Of a stretch of 20,000 nucleotides of DNA, positions 1-8,062 are shown one piece after another. Under the pieces are notes generated by a model. It had not been told where the DNA came from, did not search any database, and saw nothing but the letters and a program-made list of their open reading frames with translations. Source of the DNA: an uncultured virus (IMG/VR IMGVR_UViG_3300034106_004008) (lineage: Duplodnaviria; Heunggongvirae; Uroviricota; Caudoviricetes); IMG/VR virus record IMGVR_UViG_3300034106_004008, positions 56,692 through 76,691 of that record; one strand, written 5' to 3'. The position numbers and the translations under genes are program-made. Numbering within the stretch: the stretch's first letter is position 1; every line of letters starts with the position of its first letter.

Positions 1-507
1 GTGATAAAACAGGCCATTCAAAATAACGGATTGGTTGAAATCGAATTTTACGATGAAACGGTTTTATCTGGAATAGCATCAACAAGTTCTGGATTTGGTG
101 GTTATCCGTGGAATCAACCTCCAGTTATTTATTACAATAACACAAACCCAAATCCAAACACAATAACGTGTTTTGATAACACAGCTAACTATTCAGCTGG
201 TATTACGTATACCTCAGATGTGGTTGGTGTTTCAGCTTCATTAAAATTAAACTCAAATAAAAGAAGTTTAACAAAAAGTATTGAAACTGGTCGTGTTGAA
301 AAAGGCGAAAAATCAAACACTAAATTCAAAGATGTTAACATGGATTTTAGTTCATATGCAACACATTCAGTGACTTGGAAAATTTTACCGAACTCACAAA
401 AGCCAATTGAGGTTGGTGAGTTAAGAAATTATTGCACAGGTTGTGGTGTTAGAATAAAAAAATCAAACTGGAAATTCTGCCCAACTTGCGGTAATCAATT
501 ACAATAA
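1..507 (+). CDS. Phage hypothetical protein with C-terminal zinc ribbon (5' truncated by window edge)
   Basis: Frame open from base 1, so the true start is probably upstream. C-terminal CxxC-x10-CxxC (YCTGCG...FCPTCG) immediately before TAA at 505-507. Confidence 0.8.
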   Translation: MIKQAIQNNGLVEIEFYDETVLSGIASTSSGFGGYPWNQPPVIYYNNTNPNPNTITCFDNTANYSAGITYTSDVVGVSASLKLNSNKRSLTKSIETGRVEKGEKSNTKFKDVNMDFSSYATHSVTWKILPNSQKPIEVGELRNYCTGCGVRIKKSNWKFCPTCGNQLQ

Positions 508-526
508 GCCGCCACACGAGGCTTTT
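506..526 (+). terminator. Possible weak intrinsic terminator
   Basis: AAGCC-9nt-GGCTT followed by TT just after the stop codon. Short stem. Confidence 0.3.
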
Positions 527-538
527 ATTATTATTTAA

Positions 539-548
539 GATATTTATA
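539..548 (+). promoter_or_regulatory. TATTTAT-type phage (putative late) promoter motif
   Basis: GATATTTATA ending 14 nt before ATG 563. The same motif recurs upstream of 7 other genes. Confidence 0.65.
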
Positions 549-562
549 TTAAAATATAGATC

Positions 563-1147
563 ATGGCTAAATACAGAATAACCGAAGACCAATTACAAAA
601 ATTGTTCGAGAAATTAGAAATGAAGAGAGTTCAAGAGATGGATAATTATAATTACCCAGCTGGCTCAGATACGCCAGACGCCCCATGGAATCAAAGTGAT
701 CCGCATATGAGTGATGCAATAACAGCTAGTGGTGATTATGAATTAGTTAGTGTTACTAGTGGTGAATACCTTTTAAAAAACAAAAAAACTAACGAATTGT
801 TATATACAATGGATGAAGTTTGGGATGATCAAAACAGCGACATAAAAGATGAATTATGGGACTTTTTAGAAAGGGCTCAAGAAGAGGATGAGGATGAGGA
901 TGGTAAATATTTAACAACCGCTAGTGATTGGAAGGAATATGTAGATGATGACCAAATTGGTGATGCTTTGGAGAGTTATTTAAATTATCATACTAAAAAG
1001 GGTAAAAACTTAGGTATTGGTAATATGGATGAGTGGACTACTGGCGCTGCATTTTTCCTAATTGTTACATGTGAAAATGTTGATGACGAGGATGGGATTT
1101 ACAACGAAAACTTGCGCAATGAAGCAAAACAAACGCTTGGTTGTTAA
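563..1147 (+). CDS. Acidic hypothetical protein, putative virion-internal protein
   Basis: 194-aa ORF, very D/E-rich. N-terminus MAKYRITEDQLQKL carries an ITE motif. Preceded by TATTTATA. Confidence 0.75.
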   Translation: MAKYRITEDQLQKLFEKLEMKRVQEMDNYNYPAGSDTPDAPWNQSDPHMSDAITASGDYELVSVTSGEYLLKNKKTNELLYTMDEVWDDQNSDIKDELWDFLERAQEEDEDEDGKYLTTASDWKEYVDDDQIGDALESYLNYHTKKGKNLGIGNMDEWTTGAAFFLIVTCENVDDEDGIYNENLRNEAKQTLGC

Positions 1148-1542
1148 GCTAAATCTTTAAATAAATCAGTTTGATCTTTGGGTACCTCAACATAAGCATG
1201 GGTGTAACCTAAATTCTTTAAAGCAACCATTCTGTGTCTACCATTTTTTATACCTAATTTACCGTTAGATATACTTGTTTCGGTTGGTTCAAACATCATA
1301 GTGTACGACCACCTCTCACCCGTTTTTGGATGAATTGATCTGGGATCTTCTGAAAACTTTTCAATGTAATCCATTGAGTTTTTAATTCTACCCTGACTAA
1401 ATAATAATTTTGTATCTGGCCCAACATAAAAATCTGGGTCATCTTTTTTTAAACGATTTAAAAATTTATCAACGTCAACAAGTATTAAGGTATTTCTACC
1501 TGGATAATTAATTGCGTACCTTTCTTTTGGTATAAATTTCAT
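1144..1542 (-). CDS. ParB/Sulfiredoxin-like N-terminal domain protein
   Basis: Motif LGIKNGRHRMVALKNLGYTHAYVEV resembles the ParB/Srx (D/N)GxHRxxA motif. Stop overlaps the convergent gene's stop at TTAA 1144-1147. Confidence 0.6.
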   Translation of the reverse strand: MKFIPKERYAINYPGRNTLILVDVDKFLNRLKKDDPDFYVGPDTKLLFSQGRIKNSMDYIEKFSEDPRSIHPKTGERWSYTMMFEPTETSISNGKLGIKNGRHRMVALKNLGYTHAYVEVPKDQTDLFKDLA

Positions 1543-1555
1543 TTTACAAATTTAG

Positions 1556-1597
1556 TTATAAATATCTGAACAAATGCGATTGTAGAGATATTTATAA
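1556..1597. promoter_or_regulatory. Divergent pair of TATTTATA motifs forming a 12-bp inverted repeat
   Basis: TTATAAATATCT (1556-1567) and AGATATTTATAA (1586-1597), 18-nt spacer. Each copy points into the gene starting at 1542(-) or 1608(+). Confidence 0.7.
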
Positions 1598-1607
1598 TAA
1601 AAAGGAT

Positions 1608-2147
1608 ATGATCACAACTAAAAAAGATTTGGTGGAATTATTCCACGAAAATAGTCCAAAAATGGAAAGTGAAGAAATCAAAAAAGAATCTGGTTTTACG
1701 AATAAAACAATCGCATCTTTAATAGATGAGGTTTGCAATATGCAAACTGGTTATGGTATAATCGATGACTTGAGTTTTGTTGATGAACGTTTATATGAGG
1801 GCGTTTTAACCGAAATAGCTTTAGAAAAAATTGTTAACGAAGCTTTGTATGAATATTATACAATGACGGAAAATTTAGATGAGGCTGAATATAAAGGTAG
1901 AAAGGTAAGTTTGGGTAAGATTATGCGTGGTGATCGTAAAAAATATAAAGTACACGTTAAAAACGCTAAGGGTAATGTTGTAAAAGTTGAATTTGGTGAC
2001 CCTAATATGGAAATCAAAAGGGATAACCCTAGACGTAGAAAAAACTTCAGAGCAAGACACCATTGCGATAACCCAGGCCCAAGATGGAAAGCGAGATACT
2101 GGGCTTGCAGAACATGGTCAACAAAACCAGTTTCAAAAATGGTGTAA
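1608..2147 (+). CDS. Hypothetical phage protein: acidic N-half, highly basic C-terminal domain
   Basis: 179 aa, AAGGA before the ATG. After LDEAE the sequence turns K/R-rich with RRKNFRARHHC...KARYWACRTW, a motif type I recall from phage proteins of unknown function. Confidence 0.8.
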   Translation: MITTKKDLVELFHENSPKMESEEIKKESGFTNKTIASLIDEVCNMQTGYGIIDDLSFVDERLYEGVLTEIALEKIVNEALYEYYTMTENLDEAEYKGRKVSLGKIMRGDRKKYKVHVKNAKGNVVKVEFGDPNMEIKRDNPRRRKNFRARHHCDNPGPRWKARYWACRTWSTKPVSKMV

Positions 2148-2148
2148 T

Positions 2149-2415
2149 ATGAATCCATTTACACTTAGTAAAGGTAAGATAATCGAAATGGTTAATGAGT
2201 ACTCCTTCAATGGTAAATATGAAGGGGATATGGTTAGAGTTGGCTCTTTTAGGAGAAGAGATCTACCTAATGCGATTATGACAAATGTTTTAAAGGCAAT
2301 TACTAATACAACAGGCCAAAGAGCAACTTCAGTAAAATATAAAAAAGGTGCCTACGATGATGTTGAAATTAGATTATTTGGGCAGTTGTTAACCTATTTA
2401 TCTGGTAGATGGTAA
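2149..2415 (+). CDS. Hypothetical protein (88 aa; start revised from 1987 to ATG 2149)
   Basis: ATG 2149 lies 1 nt after the upstream stop (2147). The longer 1987 start would overlap the upstream gene by 161 nt. Confidence 0.65.
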   Translation: MNPFTLSKGKIIEMVNEYSFNGKYEGDMVRVGSFRRRDLPNAIMTNVLKAITNTTGQRATSVKYKKGAYDDVEIRLFGQLLTYLSGRW

Positions 2416-2416
2416 T

Positions 2417-2842
2417 TTAAAAAGTAATTTTACACCTACCGATGTATTTTGATTTATCTAGATCAATTTTTTCGTTGGGGTAATCTTCTTCATCAAACCA
2501 TTCCAAACCACAATTAACACTCGACCCAAAAATTAAATTCGAGTATTTTTCCATAAAACTTTCGTCTTTACCAATCGGTATATCTATCTCAACACCAGAT
2601 AATTTTATAAAAGTATATTCGGATTTATTGGTTCCACCATCGATTGCTTTGCCAAAAACATATTTAATGTTGTCTTTGTGTTCAATAAAATTAGCGAATA
2701 AATTTTTGTAGTTAATTTTTAGATTACAAACAATATTCTGGTGGTATGCCATACAGAGATACTCCGCCACAACAAACGGTACTTTGTAATTGTATAAACT
2801 TACAATACTATCAATTCTATCACTAATCGTTGCTAACGACAC
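2417..2842 (-). CDS. Hypothetical protein
   Basis: 141-aa ORF overlapping the 3' end of the dNMP kinase gene by 20 nt, consistent with an operon. Confidence 0.65.
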   Translation of the reverse strand: MSLATISDRIDSIVSLYNYKVPFVVAEYLCMAYHQNIVCNLKINYKNLFANFIEHKDNIKYVFGKAIDGGTNKSEYTFIKLSGVEIDIPIGKDESFMEKYSNLIFGSSVNCGLEWFDEEDYPNEKIDLDKSKYIGRCKITF

Positions 2843-3392
2843 TATCAGGCAATAACAAATCTATTTTATTGTATAACTCATCTAAGGTACCTTCATTATT
2901 GAGAATGTTGGTCACACCCTCAATTAAATCCATTTCTTTCTCAGATGCATGTTCGTCACCGCCGTTTAAGTTAGGACGTTCAACTCTCCAAACAGTACCA
3001 CCCATTTTTAAAATAGCGTCAACTTCATGCTGAAATCTAACATCACAAATCACAACATCCAGGTTTTTATTTTTTTGATACCACTGTTCAAATCTCTTAA
3101 CCCAAAACCCACGACCAATGGATTTTAATTCTGGGATGTATTCTGGCATATCATATTGGAATACTTCAGTTCCCATGATTTGTAAAACGAGTCTTGGTGT
3201 TATTCCCCAGGTTGGGTCAATAACGTCTTTTGCGTCACCAAATACTTGATCTTCAGTGAACCCGAACAATTCCATAGCCCCACGTTTTATTGGGTTTGCA
3301 AAACTGTATTTTGTAAAATTTTTATTTTGTACAAGATAATCGCCAGATGTATCTTTACCTGAGCGTTTTTTTCCGATTATTCCAATTAACAT
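2823..3392 (-). CDS. Deoxynucleoside monophosphate kinase (T4 gp1 / phage dNMP kinase-like)
   Basis: N-terminal P-loop IGIIGKKRSGKDT, then SFANPIK, TPRLVLQIMGTE, VVICDVRFQHE and HASE, all typical of phage dNMP kinases. Confidence 0.9.
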   Translation of the reverse strand: MLIGIIGKKRSGKDTSGDYLVQNKNFTKYSFANPIKRGAMELFGFTEDQVFGDAKDVIDPTWGITPRLVLQIMGTEVFQYDMPEYIPELKSIGRGFWVKRFEQWYQKNKNLDVVICDVRFQHEVDAILKMGGTVWRVERPNLNGGDEHASEKEMDLIEGVTNILNNEGTLDELYNKIDLLLPDSVVSND

Positions 3393-3410
3393 ATGTGTAA
3401 TTTATTTACA

Positions 3411-3442
3411 CAAGAATAATAAAAAAAAATGATATAAACAAA
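3411..3442 (-). promoter_or_regulatory. Bacteroidota-type host promoter for the dNMP kinase operon
   Basis: Minus strand TTTG (3442-3439), 20 nt, TATTCTTG (3418-3411). Matches -33 TTTG / -7 TAnnTTTG with one mismatch. Confidence 0.6.
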
Positions 3443-3443
3443 T

Positions 3444-3472
3444 AAAAAAGGCCAGAAATTTCTGGCCTTTTT
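3444..3472. terminator. Intrinsic terminator, perfect palindrome and potentially bidirectional
   Basis: AAAAAGGCCAGAAATTTCTGGCCTTTTT (3445-3472) is a perfect 28-bp palindrome with A/T tails on both sides, directly after the stop of the 1085-aa gene. Confidence 0.85.
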
Positions 3473-3475
3473 CTA

Positions 3476-6400
3476 TTAGATTGTTGGAATCTGTTTTTGT
3501 CCGTTTTTACTGATGTCATCAAGAAGTTGTTTCATAACCTCCATCATATTAGTGGAATCCAATTTCATATCAGTGTTTCTACTAATGATCTGAGCGGCTT
3601 TTTGTGCCAGTGCTATTCTTGCGGATTGATTGATTTTTGATAAATCATAATTACCAACCGTATCTGGTAAAAACCTTTCTGGTGTACCTGGATTAAACTG
3701 TGGGGCCTGAGCTTGTTGTTGACCTTGTGGTTCTTGACCTTGCCCTTCAGCACCAGATTTTATGTCTCTTAACATTCTTCTGTACGCTGTAACATCCATA
3801 TCGGCACGATTAATTAATTGAACCATTTTTTGTTGTGGTACATTAGCCAGTGCGCCCAAAACTGTTTGTAAAAAGTTTGCTAATTTAACGCGATTTACTT
3901 GTTGACCATATGCTTGTTTATACTCAGAAGCTATCTTAGTGCTTAAATCTGGTACAACTCTAGCTAATTGGGTGAAAATTCTACCACTATCGCTATTTTT
4001 TACAGCATCTTGTCTACCTTGTTCCATTTCAGGTTGGTTTTCACCAAACTCTTTTAGAACACTTTCAATTATTGAATTTAGGTTGTCATGTGCTTCAATT
4101 AATTCCATTAATTCAATAGATTCTTCAAGACGTAAAGGTTCTCTTCTAAAATCTAAATCTGTGAATCCATCGCCTTGTTGTCCACTTTGTCCAGAGCCAG
4201 TTCCTTGTCCAGATCCACCACCTTGATTTGATCCACCTTGTCCAGTTCCAGTTCCTTGACCAGATCCACCACCTTGTTGTCCGCCTTGTCCAGTTCCAGT
4301 TCCTTGACCAGATCCACCACCTTGTTGTCCACCTTGTCCAGAGCCACGATTTGATCCAGATGTTAAACCACCCTTTTTGGCCAAATCGATTAAATATGAA
4401 AATATTGCATAAAAACTTTTGATCAGGTTAGGAAAGTTTTGTAAGAACTCTCTTCTTGCGTTATAAACAGCGTTTGCTTGCGATTTACTTGGGGTTCTTA
4501 CAGCAGCCTCTGATAGTTTATTGATGCCAATGTTTTTAAGTTGATCCATTATGTTATTACCATTCTTAAATTGAGTGGCGTAAACAGCTTTATTAAAATC
4601 ACTTACAAATATTTTTAAACTTTTTGGGTCAGATTTCAATAATTCGTTAATATCAATACCAACAACTTTATCATCGGTAATTTTATTAAATATTGGATTT
4701 GATTTTGCTTGTGCAACAAGTTTGTTTAAATTCTTATCACCAGAATTAAACTTATTAATCATTTTAATCAAATTACTTAAACGCATAACATGTGTTTTAA
4801 ATAATTTTAATTGATTTTGACTTAACCCTATGTCGGCTAAGCCTTTATCACTTGTATCAACATTAGTCGCTCTTGTGTTAATCGATCTCATTAAGCTACT
4901 ATCAGCTTCTGCTAACATATCCATGTCACATAATGATTCGTATAACTTCAAATCCTCTTCCATTAATTTAAGGATATCGTCAATGTCATTAGGTTGTGTT
5001 ACTTTACTAGTTACACGTCCACCACCGCTATATTGTTTAGTTGCATTTCCGCTACCGCCTTTTCCGTAGGTATCAGTGTTTGTTTGCGCTTTGAAATTAA
5101 AAATGTCCTGAAAATATTTTTTAAGATTGTCGTAAAGTTGCTTGTTATTTCCACCACCTTGTTGTTTATTATCTCCACCATCATCTTTGTTAGGATCATC
5201 AACAACATCTGGGTTATCTTTTGTACCTTCAATAGGTCTGATATATTGAACCAAATCATTCATTATTTGTGCACGTGATGATTTTCTACCTTTGTATCTA
5301 CCCAATGCCGTTGCAACCGCACCAGCGGCTAACAAAATACCTAAACCCTTTAATATTGGTGCGGCAACAATTGCTTTAGCACTTTTAATTGTGGTTGTTT
5401 TTGCAACCCAAGTTGTGAAGGCCTTAGTTACCATACCAACTAAGTTACCGCCAGACACCGTAACTAAAGTGTCACCAGCCATTTTACCCGTACCAGCCCA
5501 AGTTCCAGTAAAAACTTGTTTTAAGGTTGTTCCATGTTCAGTTGGGTTTGCAACGATAGCTGATAATGTTTCTTTAGCCGCAACTGGATCTCTGAATATA
5601 CCACCTTGTTGTGTTATAATATCAACACCAGTTTGTGCATTACCACCACCTAAAGTTTTAAGTGCTTCTACAACATCATTTGGGTTAGAGGTTGGGCTTA
5701 AACTAAGACCCAAAGTTCTATTCATGATTTGAGTCATACCCTCACCTGGTTTTATATTACCAAGTAATTCCTGAGTTGTTTGTTTGACCGTTTCTGGTGT
5801 CATTGTGGTAATCTTTTCTGGTGGGAAAATATATTCAATTAACCAACTCAGGGCACCAAATGACGCTCCAGCGCCTAATAAAGCCAATGGTAATTTCCAC
5901 GACTTTAAAGTTTTCATTCTTTCTGTATTATACGCTTTTAAATCACCACTTTTAATTGCTGCTTTAGTGTCAGCAAATTTACCAGCAACTTTAGCTTTAG
6001 TTGCATCTAAATCAGCTTCATATAATTCATCTTGACCATCTTTTCTAACGATCCTATTACCATTGAGTTTAAATTGAGAATTCAACCAATTACAAAGTTG
6101 TTCGGCTGATTGACCGTGTGGTCTTACACCATAAACACCTTTGTACATATCACTATAAAAACCATAATCACTTTCAACTTCATCGGGTGTAATCCAATTT
6201 TCAGTACCAATTTCCTCATTCTCATTAAACACACTAAACGCAGCTGTTAAATCAACATCTAAATATTTTTGTGTGTAAGCTCTTAAATCCTCAATAATCG
6301 CATTTGCGGCATCAACTGGTAGATAACCTTTATCGTTTGGTTTTAACTTAGTTGCAGCCACTAATGAATCATATAAAGTTGCAATTTCAATAATAGTATC

Positions 6401-6733
6401 CAAAAACTGTTGTTGACTTTTGTTATTAGGAAATTCTGGATTAGATTGTTTGATACTTCTATCTAATTCTTTGATTTTTTCATTACCTACTTTATCAAGT
6501 AAGGCTGTTATCTGTGCTAAAGCCTTAGCATCGGTTTGTGATTTACCGAATATTTTACCACCAGCTTTATATCTACCCAATTTTGATAAGGCATATTTTA
6601 CATTTTCCCAGGTACCTTCATTTAAAAGTTCATTTATTTCTAAATTAAGTAACTCGGACTCAGATAACAAAGGAAGACCCATATGTCTTCTCATGTCATT
6701 TACTTCATTTAATACATTTGGTTTTGTTGCCAT
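3476..6733 (-). CDS. Large (1085 aa) hypothetical protein with two hydrophobic helices and a Gly/Gln-rich linker; putative virion-internal or ejection protein
   Basis: Long uninterrupted ORF. Hydrophobic segments at about aa 279-303 and 455-480, a G/Q/S/T repeat at about aa 795-850, and many L/I-x-E motifs. Function is inferred. Confidence 0.85.
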   Translation of the reverse strand: MATKPNVLNEVNDMRRHMGLPLLSESELLNLEINELLNEGTWENVKYALSKLGRYKAGGKIFGKSQTDAKALAQITALLDKVGNEKIKELDRSIKQSNPEFPNNKSQQQFLDTIIEIATLYDSLVAATKLKPNDKGYLPVDAANAIIEDLRAYTQKYLDVDLTAAFSVFNENEEIGTENWITPDEVESDYGFYSDMYKGVYGVRPHGQSAEQLCNWLNSQFKLNGNRIVRKDGQDELYEADLDATKAKVAGKFADTKAAIKSGDLKAYNTERMKTLKSWKLPLALLGAGASFGALSWLIEYIFPPEKITTMTPETVKQTTQELLGNIKPGEGMTQIMNRTLGLSLSPTSNPNDVVEALKTLGGGNAQTGVDIITQQGGIFRDPVAAKETLSAIVANPTEHGTTLKQVFTGTWAGTGKMAGDTLVTVSGGNLVGMVTKAFTTWVAKTTTIKSAKAIVAAPILKGLGILLAAGAVATALGRYKGRKSSRAQIMNDLVQYIRPIEGTKDNPDVVDDPNKDDGGDNKQQGGGNNKQLYDNLKKYFQDIFNFKAQTNTDTYGKGGSGNATKQYSGGGRVTSKVTQPNDIDDILKLMEEDLKLYESLCDMDMLAEADSSLMRSINTRATNVDTSDKGLADIGLSQNQLKLFKTHVMRLSNLIKMINKFNSGDKNLNKLVAQAKSNPIFNKITDDKVVGIDINELLKSDPKSLKIFVSDFNKAVYATQFKNGNNIMDQLKNIGINKLSEAAVRTPSKSQANAVYNARREFLQNFPNLIKSFYAIFSYLIDLAKKGGLTSGSNRGSGQGGQQGGGSGQGTGTGQGGQQGGGSGQGTGTGQGGSNQGGGSGQGTGSGQSGQQGDGFTDLDFRREPLRLEESIELMELIEAHDNLNSIIESVLKEFGENQPEMEQGRQDAVKNSDSGRIFTQLARVVPDLSTKIASEYKQAYGQQVNRVKLANFLQTVLGALANVPQQKMVQLINRADMDVTAYRRMLRDIKSGAEGQGQEPQGQQQAQAPQFNPGTPERFLPDTVGNYDLSKINQSARIALAQKAAQIISRNTDMKLDSTNMMEVMKQLLDDISKNGQKQIPTI
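4189..4345 (-). repeat. About 48-51 bp coding tandem repeat (GQGGQQGGGSGQGTGT), about 3 copies
   Basis: CCTTGTCCAGTTCCAGTTCCTTGACCAGATCCACCACCTTGTTGTCC at 4236 and 4284 (48-nt period), plus a degenerate copy near 4189-4235. Confidence 0.9.
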
Positions 6734-6740
6734 GTTTAAC

Positions 6741-7631
6741 TTATTGTTTATTTAAATTATTCTTTACGTTTTGTCTTGCTCTCTCCAGAATTGAAATTAT
6801 TCTTTGTTCCATTAAAACCTCACCACCATGTTCGGTTTCATGTTTAACCAAAGCATCATAAATCTTATCACCAAAATATTCGAGATCATCTTTTGAATTT
6901 AAACTAGGTCTCGCCTTAAATTGATTTTCGTTTAATAATATTTTTAGTTTTTGAATAAATTCATTTGAATCATTATAATCATGAATAAAAACATAAGCAG
7001 CTTCGCAAAAATCAAATGCAATCTCTTCTGGATTATTTCTCATCTCGTAATTCAAGTCAGCCATATCTAAAATATGTATAACTGTTTTATCAGATAATAA
7101 AGATTCGTAAAAATTAGATTCTGAATCACCATCTTCACCTTCGGTTACTGGTTCTTCAGCTGGAGTTTCAGTCGGAACCTCTTCTTGTGGTTCCTGGTCT
7201 TTATTCTCAATTTTATTCATAATATCAGTTTTATCCTCGTCACTTAATTTATTGATATCGGTTGCTGATATAATTGAATTTAATGTGTATTTAATATCCT
7301 CTGGTTCGAGTTTATCTTGTGTATCGCGAATCTGTTGAGATAATTTACCTGTTAATTTTTGAATTGATTTTACAGGATCTTCTTCACCACCCTCAGCTGG
7401 AGCTTCTGTACCGTCAGTAGCGACAGTTGTGTCGGTTGTGGTTGTATCCATTTCTGCACCGTCAACAGCAGGTTCACTTTGATTTGTATCTAATAAATCG
7501 GCCTCCAAATCAGCTGTTGATTGATCGGTAGAAACAGAAGAACCATCTGATGTCTCTCCAGATGGCTCCGTAAATGTTGTGTCAGTAAAATCTTGAGTTG
7601 GTTGTGCCGCTGGTGTTTTTAACCTTAACAC
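6741..7631 (-). CDS. Acidic hypothetical protein; probably the C-terminal part of a -1 frameshift fusion with 7643..8011
   Basis: Only a weak GTG start. The frame stays open back through the A10 run to about 7664. E/D/T/P-rich linker followed by KSIQKLTGKLSQQIR...DIKYTLNSIISA. Confidence 0.8.
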   Translation of the reverse strand: MLRLKTPAAQPTQDFTDTTFTEPSGETSDGSSVSTDQSTADLEADLLDTNQSEPAVDGAEMDTTTTDTTVATDGTEAPAEGGEEDPVKSIQKLTGKLSQQIRDTQDKLEPEDIKYTLNSIISATDINKLSDEDKTDIMNKIENKDQEPQEEVPTETPAEEPVTEGEDGDSESNFYESLLSDKTVIHILDMADLNYEMRNNPEEIAFDFCEAAYVFIHDYNDSNEFIQKLKILLNENQFKARPSLNSKDDLEYFGDKIYDALVKHETEHGGEVLMEQRIISILERARQNVKNNLNKQ

Positions 7632-7642
7632 ATACTTTTCAT

Positions 7643-8011
7643 CTAGACTTTTTTTTTTAAAACGTCAATGTTTTCATTTTGCCCCACACTTTCATTAATT
7701 TGCTTGAACATCAAGTTCAAGTGTTTAAGTGCATCAGCGTATGATCTATAAGAATGTTCACGGATGTTTTCAACTCCAGTGATATATTCGTAGTTATCGT
7801 TTTTTCTTACTTTTATGTAAACGTGTTTTTCCTCTTGAACAATGCCATATTCAGTTCCATCAGCAGCAACTGATTCGTGTAAAACGTTGGCTAATCTACC
7901 ATACAATGGTTTAGATTCATTTATTGATCCTTTTTTAACGCCAGCAATTTCTAGAATTCTAGCTAGTTTTTCATCTGCGTTTTGTATTTTTTCCGAACCG
8001 ATTGGTTTCAT
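7643..8011 (-). CDS. Hypothetical protein (MKPIGSEK...); N-terminal part of the putative frameshift fusion
   Basis: 122 aa, AGGA before the ATG and TATTTAT motif upstream. Ends GTT TTA AAA AAA AAA GTC TAG. Confidence 0.8.
   Translation of the reverse strand: MKPIGSEKIQNADEKLARILEIAGVKKGSINESKPLYGRLANVLHESVAADGTEYGIVQEEKHVYIKVRKNDNYEYITGVENIREHSYRSYADALKHLNLMFKQINESVGQNENIDVLKKKV
7649..7662 (-). other. Slippery sequence TTTTAAAAAAAAAA (candidate -1 frameshift or transcriptional slippage site)
   Basis: In-frame X_XXY_YYZ heptamers T_TTA_AAA and A_AAA_AAA. A -1 shift reads AGT CTA GAT GAA AAG TAT GTG TTA AGG..., joining the downstream ORF. Confidence 0.65.
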
Positions 8012-8043
8012 ATCCTAAAAATTTTTAGTTAATTATTCTTATA

Positions 8044-8052
8044 ATAAATATC
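8044..8052 (-). promoter_or_regulatory. TATTTAT-type motif
   Basis: Minus-strand GATATTTAT, 32 nt before ATG 8011. Confidence 0.6.
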
Positions 8053-8062
8053 ATCAATTTTA

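Noticed and set aside
1987..2148. 5' extension of the 1987..2415 ORF
   Set aside because: Overlaps the basic domain of the upstream gene in another frame. ATG 2149 is the coupled start.
7643..7645. TAG reassignment (alternative genetic code) as the explanation for the split gene
   Set aside because: Reading through TAG hits TAA four codons later and does not join the next ORF. thyA and clpC are intact under code 11, and TAG/TGA end genes at sensible places.
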